A stretch of DNA of 64,000 nucleotides from Octopus sinensis. Its lineage: Eukaryota. Both the position numbers and the translations under genes were made by a program. Under the pieces are notes generated by a model that did no database searches, had not been told where the DNA came from, and saw nothing but the letters and a program-made list of their open reading frames with translations. This document shows positions 36,419 through 50,085 of the stretch, piece after piece. Positions within the stretch are counted from its first letter, which is position 1; every line of letters starts with the position of its first letter. The stretch is from NCBI RefSeq assembly GCF_006345805.1, contig NC_043011.1, positions 37,894,464 to 37,958,463 on the forward strand. Reading direction: 5' to 3'.

Positions 36419-37586
36419 GGCGACTTATTCGTGATCACAGTTGTTCGAAAACCGAGGTGCTTACTCTATGTGTATCTATAAAGTAAGTATATAAGGTAAA
36501 TACAAATGAATTAAAAAAATAATATAATTACCATATTGTACTATATTATACCACGATTAACTGTAGAGAGAAGTCACAACGTGCCCGCCAATCATCAAAT
36601 GCACCCTAGTATATACGAGGGTAAATATGTATAGAAAATAGACAATAATATAATATATAATATAATATAATATAAGAGAATAAATAAAATACACCGAAAA
36701 ATAAGATGAAGAAATATGTATATGTATATAAAATGTCAATATGGTATTTATCAAATGAAAAATAGACATAAGGTTAAATTTTTTTCATTTCAGAAGCCTT
36801 ACTGGATATAAAAAGAGATAAAAGATAAAGAATAAAAATAGAAATATGAAATAAGAAAAAATAATAATAAATCGATAAATCATAAGGACAGGTCGAGGTA
36901 TTCTTAACAAAAACAAATAAAAAAATAAAAAAATGTAAAATGAGGATACCACTGGATGTGGTTTATAAAATATGATGTTATATTAAACGCTCTGATGTAC
37001 GTAGAATCATAGATTCCCAAGTGGGAAAAGAGTATACCTAAAAGAGGTGTAAAATTTGATAATTCATTATAAATATACCTATAATGACTGATAGGGAAGA
37101 ACGTCTTGGAACCGAGGGGAAAACAATGTAATTACCGTATAGGATGAATTCAGACTAAATTGACAGGGGTTAAGAGGGAAATATTATATACAATATACAA
37201 TTTACTACACTAGTGGGTATATTATAAAAGATAAATGTAGCTATATTACCATCTCTTGACCCCCGTTATTATTCACTCCTGCCACTCCAAATTATAGTTG
37301 CGGTAATTTCTCCCTAAGTTCACCCTCTTACAATGATAGCAACAATGAAGCAATTGATGAAGTATCCTGTATGTTGAAAACCTATCTGGTCTTTTTCAGC
37401 CGAGGACGGCGGTGCATTTCAAACTGATGTAATGCTCGCTATGATCGACTAAATGGAGCCGCATCACACGGCCGTAATGCACTTATACATGGACATGCTT
37501 GATATTTATTTGCTTTTTTTCACCTTCGAGCTGTGCGGATAATACCGGACTGACTTGCTGCCTCAACTGAATCTTAATTATTCCTT
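34791..37586. mobile_element. 2.8-kb segment bounded by long inverted repeats (putative long-TIR DNA transposon)
   Basis: 34791-35208 aligns to the reverse complement of 37229-37586 (e.g. CCGGTATTATCCGCAC, GCTCGAAGGTGAA, GCATTACATCA, GAACTTAGGG, GATGGTAATATA). The outer ends AAGGAATAATTAA abut TA-rich microsatellites. Confidence 0.55.
35699..36093 (+). mobile_element. SINE family A, dimeric copy
   Basis: Order head, core, tail2, half-head, core, tail1, read directly. Confidence 0.9.
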
Positions 37587-37649
37587 ATATACATATACAT
37601 ACATACATATATGCATACATACATACACAACCACACACACACACACACG

Positions 37650-37687
<38 letters not shown>

Positions 37688-38368
37688 CACCCACTACTTC
37701 TAAATCTCTGAACGATAGACATTCAGTAACAGTACTCTGTACTTTGTAAAATGTCTGACTATCTTTCCTATACAAATTGATATATTCCCATTAGACTGTA
37801 TTGTTTAATTGTTCTTTTCTTGTGATAATTTTCTATTAACGAAGTTGAGCCATCTTATATTTATGTGTCTTCGTGATGAACAGCATTCAGTGACATTGTC
37901 ATGATACCGACAACTGTTATCTTTCTTTATGTAATATCGTAACCACTCGGTATTCACACATTTGGTTGTTGACATTGTAAAATTAAAATATTTAATGAAG
38001 ATGTTATATATTCGTGTCGTTCATAAAGATGAGTTTCGTAGCAAATCCTTTCTAAAATGAGCACAACATCCAAAACTTTCGGCGAGGGGTCTAGTCTATT
38101 CCACTGCTCAAGTGTTACTTATTTCATAAACCTCAAAATGATGGAAGACCAAGCGGCCACAGGGGGATTTGAACCCTGAACCTAAAGACGGGCGATCTAT
38201 CGCAAAGCAATTCGTCTAGCGTGTTACCAATTCTGCCAGCTTGACTGTATAATTGATATTAGAATAATATACTGTATTTACTATATTTGATAGTGGCAAA
38301 ATTGCTTTAAAATTTTAATGCAACAGACACTCACACACACATATACCCTTATATGTATAAACACACAC

Positions 38369-38411
<43 letters not shown>

Positions 38412-38418
38412 ATATAAT

Positions 38419-38478
<60 letters not shown>

Positions 38479-38499
38479 ATATATATATATCTATATATA

Positions 38500-38535
<36 letters not shown>

Positions 38536-38888
38536 TATTCCATTTGTGACACATTAGTCATAAATAGAACCTACTCTGGTAAGCATATAGAGAAATACAT
38601 GAAGACGTTAACACATCTATATTTGTTTAGTCATACTGTATCGGAAAGCGGATATCTATTTTTAAGAAGCGAAGGTGTATATTTTTATGTGGCTGTTTAC
38701 ATCTAGCCACCCGTGATCCATGTGTAGGCTGTCTCTTTAAATGAAAGTCGATTATGTGATTGGCATAAATTTTCACAGATCAACCTATGGATACAGATAT
38801 ATAATCAGTCAAAATCTAATATAGGAAAACGATGACTTTAAACCATAAATATTCACTCCAGTATAAACGTTTTTTCCTGCAGTTGCAA

Positions 38889-38928
<40 letters not shown>

Positions 38929-40196
38929 TAGTAGTGGTAGCAGCAGCAGCAGCAGCAGCAGCAGTAGCAGTAGCAGCAGTTGATATACTTCATACTCGAT
39001 TCGATTATCACGTGGCTTTCCTTCTAAAACGCGGCAGAGTATGATTTCAGGTAGACTTGCTGCCACTTTTAGCTCGCAGAATGATCCCTGTTTTTAGTCA
39101 TTTTAGCAATTTCTCTTGCCTTATCAGTAGATACAATCTAACTCTGCTTTATGAACATATTATCGTAATATAATTTTAATTAATATCAGAACCGATATAG
39201 AAGAACTCTAAACTCCAACGAATCCTCATATCTACCATTATCAAACAAAAATCCCCCAATGTCATTCCTGGAAATAGAAATGGTTTTAAAATCAGCGAAG
39301 CACATTTGGAACAAATTTGACAATAATTTCGCATTTCTAACAGTTTTACATTCGAAATAACACTTTGATCATATTTAATATATGGTTAATGGCCTGCGTA
39401 TGTTGAATGAATGTGTTGGATTTTCTGATGATTACAATCATGAATACTTTATGCATTTCATGCCAGACAACAGGCGTTAAGAGAATAAAATATGTCTAAT
39501 TGATATTCATAGACATATATAAGGGATATGTCTCATGTTGTTCACCAGAGTGTATCACTGGGAAATCAGCATCAAAGACAGAGAATTCATTTTGATGTTA
39601 TATTTACATTGATTATAATAGTTATCATAAATTTGGATGTATTTTACTGACTGATGATTCCCATTGAAACTCGAAAGAATTATAAATAGCAGATAAATAT
39701 GAAATGCAGCCATTTTATTTGCGTGTATGACATCTTTTGTAGTTCATCGAAAATCGACCATTTCGTATTTATTTATAATAGAGTAAATTATACACTGATT
39801 TATTTATATGAATTTTAGATAAGTAATGATACAGAACATCTTGAATTATCGCTAGCCTTTTCAGATGCAGTTGAATAATTTTAAGTACCGCTTCAGAATT
39901 AAATAATTACGCCGATATTGTGGAAATATGTGAAGAGGATAAAATTTTCTTTCGAAATTTGTACACGTCCAGCAATTTTGAGTGATGGATATTTGTCGAT
40001 TTGATCGATCCTAATGATTATTTCATTGGTATTTCATCGACACTGAAAGAAAGAAGTCAAAGTTGACCTTGTTAGCATTCGAATTCGGGTGATAAGAAGA
40101 TGGTAGAAATGCCGTCACACATTTGGCCGCAGTGCAGGCTGGCCGCTTCGATGGAATGTTATTGGGAAAATAATATTACGATAACTGAAACTAAAT

Positions 40197-40600
40197 ATCT
40201 TTTCTACTCCAGGCACAAGATCCGAAATTATTTTGGTGGAGGAGGGGGCCAGTCAATTAAATAGACCCAGTAGGCAAGTGATACTTGATTTATCCACTCA
40301 AAAAGGATGAAAGACAACGTCAACCTCGCCGAAATTTGTACTCAGAACGTAAAGACAGACAAAATAGCTATTTCTTTTCTACCCACAAGGGGCTAAACAC
40401 AGAGAGGACAAACAGGGACAGACAAACGGATTAAGTCGATTACATCGACCCCAGTGCGTAATTGGTACTTAATTTATCAACCCCGAAGGGATGAAAGGCA
40501 AAGTCGACCTCGGCCGAATTTGAACGCCGAACGTAGCGGCAGGCGAAATACCTCTAAGCATTTCGCCTGGCGCGCTAACGTTTCTGCCAGCTCGCCGCCT
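40197..40600 (-). mobile_element. SINE family A, dimeric copy
   Basis: Same module order on the minus strand. Confidence 0.9.
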
Positions 40601-41544
40601 TCTGAAACTAAATATCACACAAGGTAACCTCAGAATTCGGTTTGGTTGTCAACCACATACATGTATTTTCTTAATGAAAAGAGCAAAATACATCCATATA
40701 AAAATTTTTAAAATCATTTTTCCTTAATTTTCGTTTATTTTTATTCTAGGTTCAAAGACTGATCAAGGTGTATCGTTCGTTGTGGTTTAATAAAATATAC
40801 ACAAGTCGGATACTGAGCTCACTTATAGGAAATACATGCTTTATTTAAATCAATAGCATTATTTCTTTTTCACAAATAGCTAACATTATTGATCCATTAC
40901 GCAAGTTACAAAGTATTCTCATCTAACGAAACCAAAACAAACTAACTCCAAATTGTTTGTACTTCGTTCAGTCTACCTTATGAAAACAGGGTTGGAACAG
41001 TTAACTGAAACACGCCTCTGTGTTTGCATGAAAATCCGCTCGTATGAACATAAAGTATTTGATGCATGAAAGATGTACAGGCATAGACGGGAAAACAAGT
41101 TTTAATGCGTTAAACCATGGAATATTGGCCTAAATTTAGAATATATTGGAGAAAATATATTGTCTTATACGTTATCAAATACTGTACATAGAATGTCTCA
41201 TTCACATAAACCATGGACAGTTGCATAAGACCAAAGTATATTGATTAATGTACAGAAGACGATTTGCTTTTTACTGAATTAAAATAAAATTACTGTTGCA
41301 AACAAATATTAGGTAGAACAGAATTATAAAGTCAAGGAGAATTATTTCCATCATTAAATTAAAATTAATTCTTTTTCTGTTTGGTTATTTTGATTACAAT
41401 AATTGTTGATAACAGAACATCATTTCTTTAAATACATGACATGAATTGGTATGTCGAGACAATATTTTCGTGGTGCTTAGTTGTAAGTTTATTATACGTC
41501 ATACGGCAATTCTTACACTGTCCATAATTTCCAATTTCTTGCTT

Positions 41545-41611
<67 letters not shown>

Positions 41612-41671
41612 GTGTATGTATATATATACATATATGTGTGTATGTAGGTAGGTAGGTAGATAGATATACAT

Positions 41672-41719
<48 letters not shown>

Positions 41720-42334
41720 GCGAATATACGTGCGCTTGTGTGTGTGTAATCAGAAATTTGTACTTCAGATAAGTAAAACATTTTTCAACAATAATATATT
41801 GACATATTTTATATCATTATTTTCGTTTCTTTTCTGTTTAGCCTTTTTAATGGCAGGATGACAATGCCTTTTCTTTAAATACCTCCAATTTCAACTAAGT
41901 GAAAACTGTTTTATACAAGCTAAAACCTCGAAGTGGAATATGGAAATATATATATGCTAAAAACCAAAGTAAACAATATCCACAAGTAGTAAATACGGGA
42001 ATTGAAATCCTCTGTCAACAGTAACTTCAAGAACATAACAAATAACAGAAATTTATCTCTTGAAAAATAATAATTTAAGAACCAATTCGTATAATAAATA
42101 AGGAATTTTGAGATTTACTTTTCCAGATGTAGATTTTTTATAATTCAGATAGATTTCCGTTTGTTTTGTGATTTTATTTCCCTATTTTTATAGGCATAAA
42201 TTGCTCTAATCTGACAGAAATTTATTTAGATCTTGCAATAGAGAATTCGTTCTATATAACAATCGCAGAAGGTAGGAGGAAAAATCTATAATTATGTGTC
42301 TGAGTTTGTTTGTGTGTGTTTGTCTTAGTGAATA

Positions 42335-42377
<43 letters not shown>

Positions 42378-43018
42378 AATACTCACACACATAAACACAA
42401 ACACACACAGACACTTACATACACATATAGATTGATATCAAAGATACATAGAAACAGATATATATATATAGATACATATATATTTATGTATGCATAAATA
42501 CATGCATACACACATACACACATACACATATATATATATATATATATAAATATGTGTGTGCGTGCGTACTTATGTGTATGTACTTATGAATACATGCATA
42601 TACTCACACATATATACGTACACGTATACGTATATATATATATATATATATAGCGAGTGAGAGAGAGAGAGAGTAAGAAAGAGACCTATTGTTGCTTGTG
42701 ATATCTATAGATATTATGAGCAATGTATATCTGTCGATATGATGTGTGTCACACTGTGTATACCTTCTGAGCTTTACGTTGATAAGATTCTATGCACTTG
42801 TGGCTTTAGAGAGGGAGCGAAATTGTGCGATTGTTAAAGAAAAAATAATAAACTCAGGCTAAATAGCATTATCTGTTCGTATTTTTATATCTCTTCTCAC
42901 GGACGAAATAAAGAATTAAATTCTTCCTAGTATGTCATTAATTCCACAATTCTGTTTCATTTCCAAAATCATGTACAGATCTTTCCAAAATCATGACATT
43001 ACAAACAACTCTCATATA

Positions 43019-43330
43019 TCAGGTCATACCATAAGTTCTGTTCGATTTTGCTGTTTTTTAAAATTGAATGAAATTTTATAGTATTTTAGAATGTCTAATG
43101 GAATTTGAAATTATTTTTATGCATTTGTGTACATTTAAACTAATTAAATATTATTTTACAAAATAATAGAATTAAAATTTCTTTGATTAAACCCTTTCTA
43201 ACATGGAATTATCCAAAGAGCATTTGAAGCACAAAATGCTTTATGAGTCCAAAAAACGAAACTGTGCAGCCGAAGTGACTCAGTTTATGGGAAAGAACGC
43301 TTGAACGAAAAAGTTGGTTTGCCGAGAACC
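43019..43330 (+). mobile_element. mariner 5' fragment (TIR plus transposase N-terminus)
   Basis: TA followed by TIR-like TCAGGTCATACCATAAGTTCTGTTCGATTTT. Reading MELSKEHLKHKMLYESKKRNCAAEVT from about 43202 resembles the mariner N-terminal helix-turn-helix. Confidence 0.6.
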
Positions 43331-43515
43331 CAAAGACATAAGCACCAGGACACACATACATACGCACAATATATATATATATATATTATGTTATATATAT
43401 ATATCTCACAATGGTATATGTAGTATATATAATATATATATATACATACATATATATATACATATATATATACATATATATATATACATATATATTATAC
43501 ATATATATATGTGTG

Positions 43516-43554
<39 letters not shown>

Positions 43555-43562
43555 TTTATATA

Positions 43563-43597
<35 letters not shown>

Positions 43598-43944
43598 GTA
43601 TATATATATAATTATTTAAATATATATATGACGGGCTTCTGTACAGCTTTAGTACATCGAATCTACTCACATGGCTTTGACCGGCATGGGGCAATAGCAG
43701 AAGGCAGTCACGCAATTTGCCATGCAGTGAGACTGAATTTCATACCTTGTGGTTGTGAAGCAAACTTCTTACTACATAGCCATGGCAACAAAATGAAATA
43801 GTCTCTAAATTTAGATGCGGAATATTTCACCTACTTGCAAAAATATGAAAGAAATCCAGCCATACATGTATCTGTATATAAACCTCCTCAGCAATTACCG
43901 CCTCCACAACTACGAACATCACCACCAGCACTCCGCCATTGTAA

Positions 43945-44385
43945 CGTTTTCCGTTTGAGTTGGAAAGTCCCATAAAATCTTAAACTTCTCCAACTCCAAT
44001 CCTCTTTCGAATCGATGATAGTACAATGTGTTTCCAGCTTCAAATCCCCGTTTCTGACACACTTTCCAAACTTTTACAACCTGGTTCTGCCTTCATTTCT
44101 TATATTCTTCTTGAGGCAACTTGGGGCATCCTGTCACAATGGGTGCCAGTGTCTCGTTCCAAGTTCCACAAGCACTACATTTTTCTGTCACATTCTCTCC
44201 ATAAGTATTTTTCTCAAATTGTTTTTATCGTTGGATTTTGTTCCACATACGTCTTCAATGGTCCTCCAAAATTGGCCATACATAGATTTCTCTTTGATCT
44301 GCCTGATGTGCTATCTTTGTATTTCAATTTTGTTCTTTTCAACTATTTTGCGCTTCACCACCTATGCCTCATTCGCTGTCTTTAG
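43945..44385 (-). mobile_element. R4/Dong-clade LINE fragment 1 (CCHC knuckle region)
   Basis: Minus: KEKSMYGQFWR...KCSACGTWNETLAPIVTGCPKLPQEEYKK*RQNQV...KFKILWDF. Confidence 0.8.
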
Positions 44386-44398
44386 TTGTCATCATCAG

Positions 44399-44434
<36 letters not shown>

Positions 44435-44477
44435 CATCCTCATCATCATCATCATCATCATCTTTGCCATTATTATT

Positions 44478-45443
44478 GTGTTAAAACTCACAGCTTTTTT
44501 TGGTGTGTATGATGGAAAGAGTCAGCTGCCTACAGCCAGCAGACGAAGGTGACACTTATTTTATCGATCACTCTTCGAGAACCCTGCAAAGAATTCTTGC
44601 AGTTCCAAGCAATGCTGATTTTTGTAGGTGTTCTACCTTCACACTTGCACTGATCTTTATCAGCCATGTTGATACTTCAGTGCTGATAATTCCAAGTGCA
44701 CCAATTACTATTGGTATCGCCTCTACTTTCTTTCATTGACAACAAATTTCGTTATTTCCCACTAAATCGTCAGAGTTGTTTATTATTTCTTCTTCTTTCA
44801 CATTGATCCTTTAATCACTATATAGAATGCTATATCTTCTGGTTCTTTGTTTTTTATTCAACACAACAATGTCCGGCTTCCGATGTCTGGTCAGTTGATC
44901 GCACAGGATTTTGCAATTCTCAGTTTCTGTAACTCCTTCTGGGGTTTTCTGATACCAGTTCTTTGCTATTTGTAGACCATGATTTCCAGAGAGGTCCCAA
45001 TAGATCATTCTTGCCACATTGACGTGGCGTCTTTTGTATTCACGTTGAGCCAATTTAGGGTATTTGCTAACGATGTGCCAAACCGGTTCACTCCTCTCAT
45101 CACACGTTCTGCATTTGTAGCTGTTAGTGGTGTTGTCTATTCTGCGCTTCATATAATTGGTCATTAAAGCTTATTCCTGAGCTGCGCATACGAGTGCTTT
45201 TGTCGCTATCTTCAGGTCACTCCTGCCCATCCATAGCCACCTGCGTCTGTCTTGGCATTCACATCTCTGTACATATTCTTTTCCTTCCATGCATTTCCTA
45301 TTTTTTTGTTCATATCTTGTTTAAATTTTTCTTTAATTATACAATTTTCGGTTTTGATGACGCCAGCCTCCTTCGTGTGCTTCAACAATGGGTCCACAGC
45401 ATTTATTATATAACACCCTTGGCTGTCATTATTTTTTTTAATC
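44478..45443 (-). mobile_element. R4/Dong-clade LINE fragment 2 (knuckle, RLE endonuclease, 3' UTR, (AAT)n)
   Basis: Minus: AAQE*ALMTNYMKRRID...KCRTCDERSEPVWHIVSKYPKLAQREYKRRH...RHRKPDIVV...IPIVIGALG...HLQKSALLGTARIL..VLEE* (stop at 44568-70). A short UTR runs into AATAATAAT. Confidence 0.9.
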
Positions 45444-45459
45444 ATTATTATTATTATTA

Positions 45460-45510
<51 letters not shown>

Positions 45511-45540
45511 CATTATTATTATTAGTAGTAGTAGTAGTAC

Positions 45541-46032
45541 TGCCTTTGCACAGCTTCTCACGCTGGAGATGTACTACAGTGTCAGCTGTTCAATACTTGT
45601 GAACTAAGATAACACCTCTTATTTTTCGAGCACCTTTCGGAGTTTTCGAGCGGTTTCACTCAGTGATGTTTTCTGTAAGTGTTCCACCCTTATCGCAGCC
45701 CCTATTTTTTCTACGTACTTCTAGAGACTTTCACTCACTGTTCCCAGACCTCCGACAATTATTGGCACTACTGCTACCTTTTTCATCGAACACAACTGCT
45801 TAACTTCCCAAACTAACCTGTCATGTCTCTCGACTTTTCTTTCTTCCTTATCGCATACCGTGTTGTCAGCTGGGCATGCTATATATATGATCCAGCATAG
45901 TTTGTGTTCTTTTTCAATTAAGACTATGTCCGGCTTCCTATTCTCTATCTCCTAGACGCACTGAAACTTAAAATCCCATAGGAACTTTGCGTTTCTATTT
46001 TCGACGATGCCTTCAGGTGTGCGACCCTACCA
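45541..46032 (-). mobile_element. R4/Dong-clade LINE fragment 3 (RLE endonuclease and 3' UTR)
   Basis: Minus: TPEGIVENRNAKFLWDF...RKPDIVLIEKEHKLCWIIYIACPAD...KEERKVERH...VPIIVGGLG...EHLQKT...KVLEK* (stop at 45619-21). Triplet arrays lie on both sides. Confidence 0.9.
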
Positions 46033-46074
<42 letters not shown>

Positions 46075-46162
46075 CGTCGGCCACTAAAGGACATGGTCAA
46101 CTGGTTATGGTCAAACATAGGACAAGCAAATCTGTAGTATTGAGCAGGATATTTGCTGTAGC
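46075..46162. mobile_element. Internal fragment of the repeat at 8300-8722
   Basis: Direct sequence match to 8563-8630, with (ATT)n on both sides. Confidence 0.75.
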
Positions 46163-46176
46163 CTTATTATTATTAA

Positions 46177-46224
<48 letters not shown>

Positions 46225-46539
46225 CATCATCATCATCATCATTATTATTAACACCACTAGCACCACCATTACCGCTACCAACACCGTCACTTCTACGTTC
46301 GGTACCTTTTCAAATAACACTGCTTATATGACAACCATCAATAATAGACCTGCGGTTATAACCCGTCCATCACCACTTCCCGCTCTTCCAGCAACAACAC
46401 AACAGCAGCGCCAAGACTGTCTATAGCCAATTTACTTATTGGTGCCAATGTAGTTGTTTTCCATAACATCACAATTAATATCATCTCTGAACAACATGTC
46501 CAAAATCAGTAACGTATTCGTCACGACTAAACAACCGCC

Positions 46540-46611
46540 AGTATCATCATCGTCATCGTCATCATCATCATCATCATCACCATCATTATCATCACCCTCA
46601 CCATCATCATT

Positions 46612-46644
<33 letters not shown>

Positions 46645-46776
46645 TTATTGCCAGCATTTCCTTTCCTTTGCGTCCTCCTTCTTATCATCATTCACATCAA
46701 CATCTCTACCATCAGCAGGAACATGATGCGTAACAAGAGCTTATCTATTACGATGATGATGATGATAATGATGATA

Positions 46777-46827
<51 letters not shown>

Positions 46828-46892
46828 TAGATTATCACCATTATCATGATCTTCATGATCATTATGTTCATGACGATGATAATGATCGTTCC

Positions 46893-46927
<35 letters not shown>

Positions 46928-47460
46928 CATTCATCAACGCAACGGACCTCTTCAATATCGTTTTATCAGCCACCCTCAGCATAAACATCACCAGGCAACT
47001 GAGAACCTCTTAAATTGTCACTCAATTTTCAGTAAATCACAGCAAAACCTCACCTGTATCTCAACATCTGATCTTTCTAACGGAAAGTAGTCGATAAATA
47101 AGATGATATTCTCACAGGTGGAACATCTGCCTTCTTCGTTACAACACGCCGCCATCAAATTCTTAACCATCGTTCTCAAGAACTTAAACATTAACAGCGC
47201 CACCGCCACGACCATCTACATCACTACCTTCTTCTCATCCTTTTTCAGTTCATCATCATCGTCATCCTTCTCATCATCCTTGTATTCGTCATCGTTATCA
47301 CCACCACAACCACCACCACCACCACCACCATCATGATTACCATTATCATCACCATCGCCGTCGTCTTCATCATCGTCATCGTCATGGTCGTCATCATTAT
47401 CGCCCTCGTCGGTGTCATCGTCGCCATCTTTGTTAATAATAACAATATCATTTATTTGCA
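46540..47460. repeat. (CAT)/(GAT)/(CAC) triplet mosaics interrupted by a short unique segment
   Basis: Direct reading. Confidence 0.85.
47054..47076 (-). CDS. Candidate 23-nt microexon, (E)RSDVEIQ
   Basis: Minus acceptor tcttatttatcgactactttccgttAG and donor CAG|GTGAGG. Ends in phase 0, compatible with 30866-30908. Confidence 0.2.
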
Positions 47461-49089
47461 TGTCCCTGCATCGTCATTATCTATACTTGTACAGTGGTGC
47501 TAATATCGCCATCAACTAAAGTATCACCAACATAACACCTTATCATTAACAACAGCAACAACAAAACCAACAACAAGGAAGATAACTACCGTATGAAACA
47601 AAACGATAATAAAAAAGCAAAGCAACAATAACATATATGCAATGATTGTTTGCGAAACGAAGAAAAAATATCGTTTATATTGGTGAGAAAATGTAAGGAT
47701 AATTTGGTTATTTTCACTATGTTTTATTTATTTATTTATTTAGATTTATCTGCTTTTTTTCCAGAATTAGTAAATAATGGTCAAAAAAATAAAGCAGAAA
47801 CCATTGCTACCACCCAATTTGTTCCGTAAGCGAGAATTCCATGCAAGAAAAAAAAAACATATATGTACTCATACAAATATTTGTTTACTAACGTCAAACA
47901 TATAATGTTATCGAAGACGTGTAATTTCTTCCAATTAAGAAAAAAATAGGCCTATTTAAGCAGAAAAATAAGTGCGAAAAATAAACAGATGTACGTATGT
48001 GTACACATAGAGATAAAAATAAATTGTAGTGCTAACACGCTACATTAAAGATGGAGTTATAATTGTAACATAGGAATTTGGTAAACAACTTTTGCATGGA
48101 AATTAGTAAGCAAATTAGACAATATATTCAATTGATGGTGTGCAATAAAGAGTGCTAGAAATCCTGATGTACATGTTTTCTTTAGCTCAGAGCATTTATA
48201 GTTTTTTAGTATGAAATAATAGTTGATTGATTAGACCTATTACGATAGATTTCCAACATCGCATTCAGCTAATATTTCGTATATCAGATAGATTGTCTGT
48301 AATGCATTGTTTATAGTTCGTTGTTTGCAATATGTAACCTGTTGTTCGATTCGTAGCGTTTATTTTGTTGATATACGCCTTTCTTTTGCTCTTATCACTT
48401 ATCGTATGTACATAAAAGGACACGCATTCAGTTCAACGAAAACCCCATTCTACGATATCCTATGTTCCCTGTCATATGTGAGAGATGTATTTCCTTTTAC
48501 AGAGTTCCTACTCATTGGTTGAAAGGAACGAACCACTAAAATAACGTATGCTTATTTGCATGCATCATCTCACTCCCGTCCTAACATTCTTCACCTATAG
48601 CAGAATCATTTTGTTATGAAGTTTCGTCGAATGCACATACATCGATCAGAGTTTTGTTTAACAAACAATATTATTTCCTCGAAATATTCAAACTTACGGA
48701 AAATAGAAGCAATACTTTTCACAATCATTTTCCTCATTTGTTGTTCGTTCTTGCTGGCATCTACCTATATTATCCCGCTTTAACTGATTATTTTTTACAA
48801 ACAACGTGATATCTGTTTTTGTTTTACTACCGCCATATTTTCTTCACTTTCAGTCTCAACTATAACAGGAAAATTGTAAATTCCTGTTCGAATTTCGAAC
48901 ATGACTATCTACGAAAACAAGCAGCGAATCTTTCTTAAGTTACACTTCTAATTTACTTTGGAATGGTTTAGGTTCCTGTCATCGAAGACAGTTTAAAGCA
49001 TCCATATTCATTGGCATGAAGCTTAGAATGTTAATTCTGAGTTTCCATCGGTTTCCACAAAGAGAGATGTTACTGCTGAAGCTGTATAA

Positions 49090-49370
49090 ACAGATAAAAA
49101 CCATTGCTGTTCTTTTGGGTTTGTTTTATAGTTATCTATGTTTCATATAATTTTTCACATCCATTCTTCATGTATTCCCAAGTCCCATGTTATTTTACCG
49201 CTATCATCACCATAACGCAATTATATAACTTCTAATCCATCATCTGGACATCGCTTTTTCTTTTTCTTATGGACAACAGCACATTTCGTATCGGCTTTCC
49301 TTGTTACCCCAAATTCATTCCTTGTTGCATATTTGTGTCCTACTACTCCAAATTAGAACCTCACTAACTC
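49090..49370 (-). mobile_element. Possible heavily decayed R4/Dong RT fragment
   Basis: Minus reading EFG...KCAVVHKKKK..DGLE...LGIHE resembles the MEFG..KCA...GK...YLGI motif. Weak. Confidence 0.3.
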
Positions 49371-49569
49371 TATGTACTGTTATGAGGGAAAAAAAAGTCA
49401 GATCGTGTGAATTTTCCAAAATACCTCTCTCCAACCCCTCGAAAAAATTCTTTCTCATAAATCCCTATATAGTCTGAGTGTAAAACATCATACAAATCAT
49501 TAGAATTGGGAATCAAATGTGAAAATATTATCAAGGGTCTAACATGAAACTTCTTTTTTGCTAATATAT

Positions 49570-50085
49570 TGTTGTTGTGACCTCCTTCGGTCATGAATGA
49601 CCATGTGATTGCACCTAGAAAGTTACCCTCCAAGGCACAAGTGCAGTTAAGGTGGTTTATGGAAGACCAGCAGTAGCCCATGCATACCAGCCTCCACTCT
49701 CCACGCCACCGATGTTATCCAAGGGAAAAGCAAAGGCCGATACAGCTTGGCACCAGTAACGTTGCAGCGCATTTACTAACATGCAAGTGGCCGAGCATTT
49801 CACAGACACATGTACCCTTAACGTAGTTCTCGGGGCGATTCAGCGTGACACAGATTGTGACAAGGCTGGCGTTTGAAATATAGGTACAACAGAACCAGGA
49901 TGAAAGAGTGAGAGAAAGTTGTGGTGAAAGAGTACAGTAGGGTTCACCACAACCCCCTGCCAGAGCCTCGTGGAGTTTTAGATGTTTTTGCTCAATAAAC
50001 ATACACAATGCCCGGTCCTGGGAATCGAAACCGCGATCCTACGATCGCGTGTCCGCTGCCCTAACCACTGGGACATTACGCCTAC
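49570..50085 (-). mobile_element. SINE family C with a long tail ending in (CAA)n
   Basis: Head and body match 57460-57847 up to CCACTT, then a different tail of about 210 bp ends GAAGGAGGTCACAACAACAA. Confidence 0.85.

Noticed and set aside
40977-41004. 28-nt minus-strand exon-like segment (NCSNPVFI)
   Set aside because: Its phase does not fit the other candidate exons and the donor GTAGAC is weak.
47018-47215. 65-aa minus ORF as a real CDS
   Set aside because: It starts inside triplet low-complexity sequence. Only the 23-nt internal segment has plausible splice sites.
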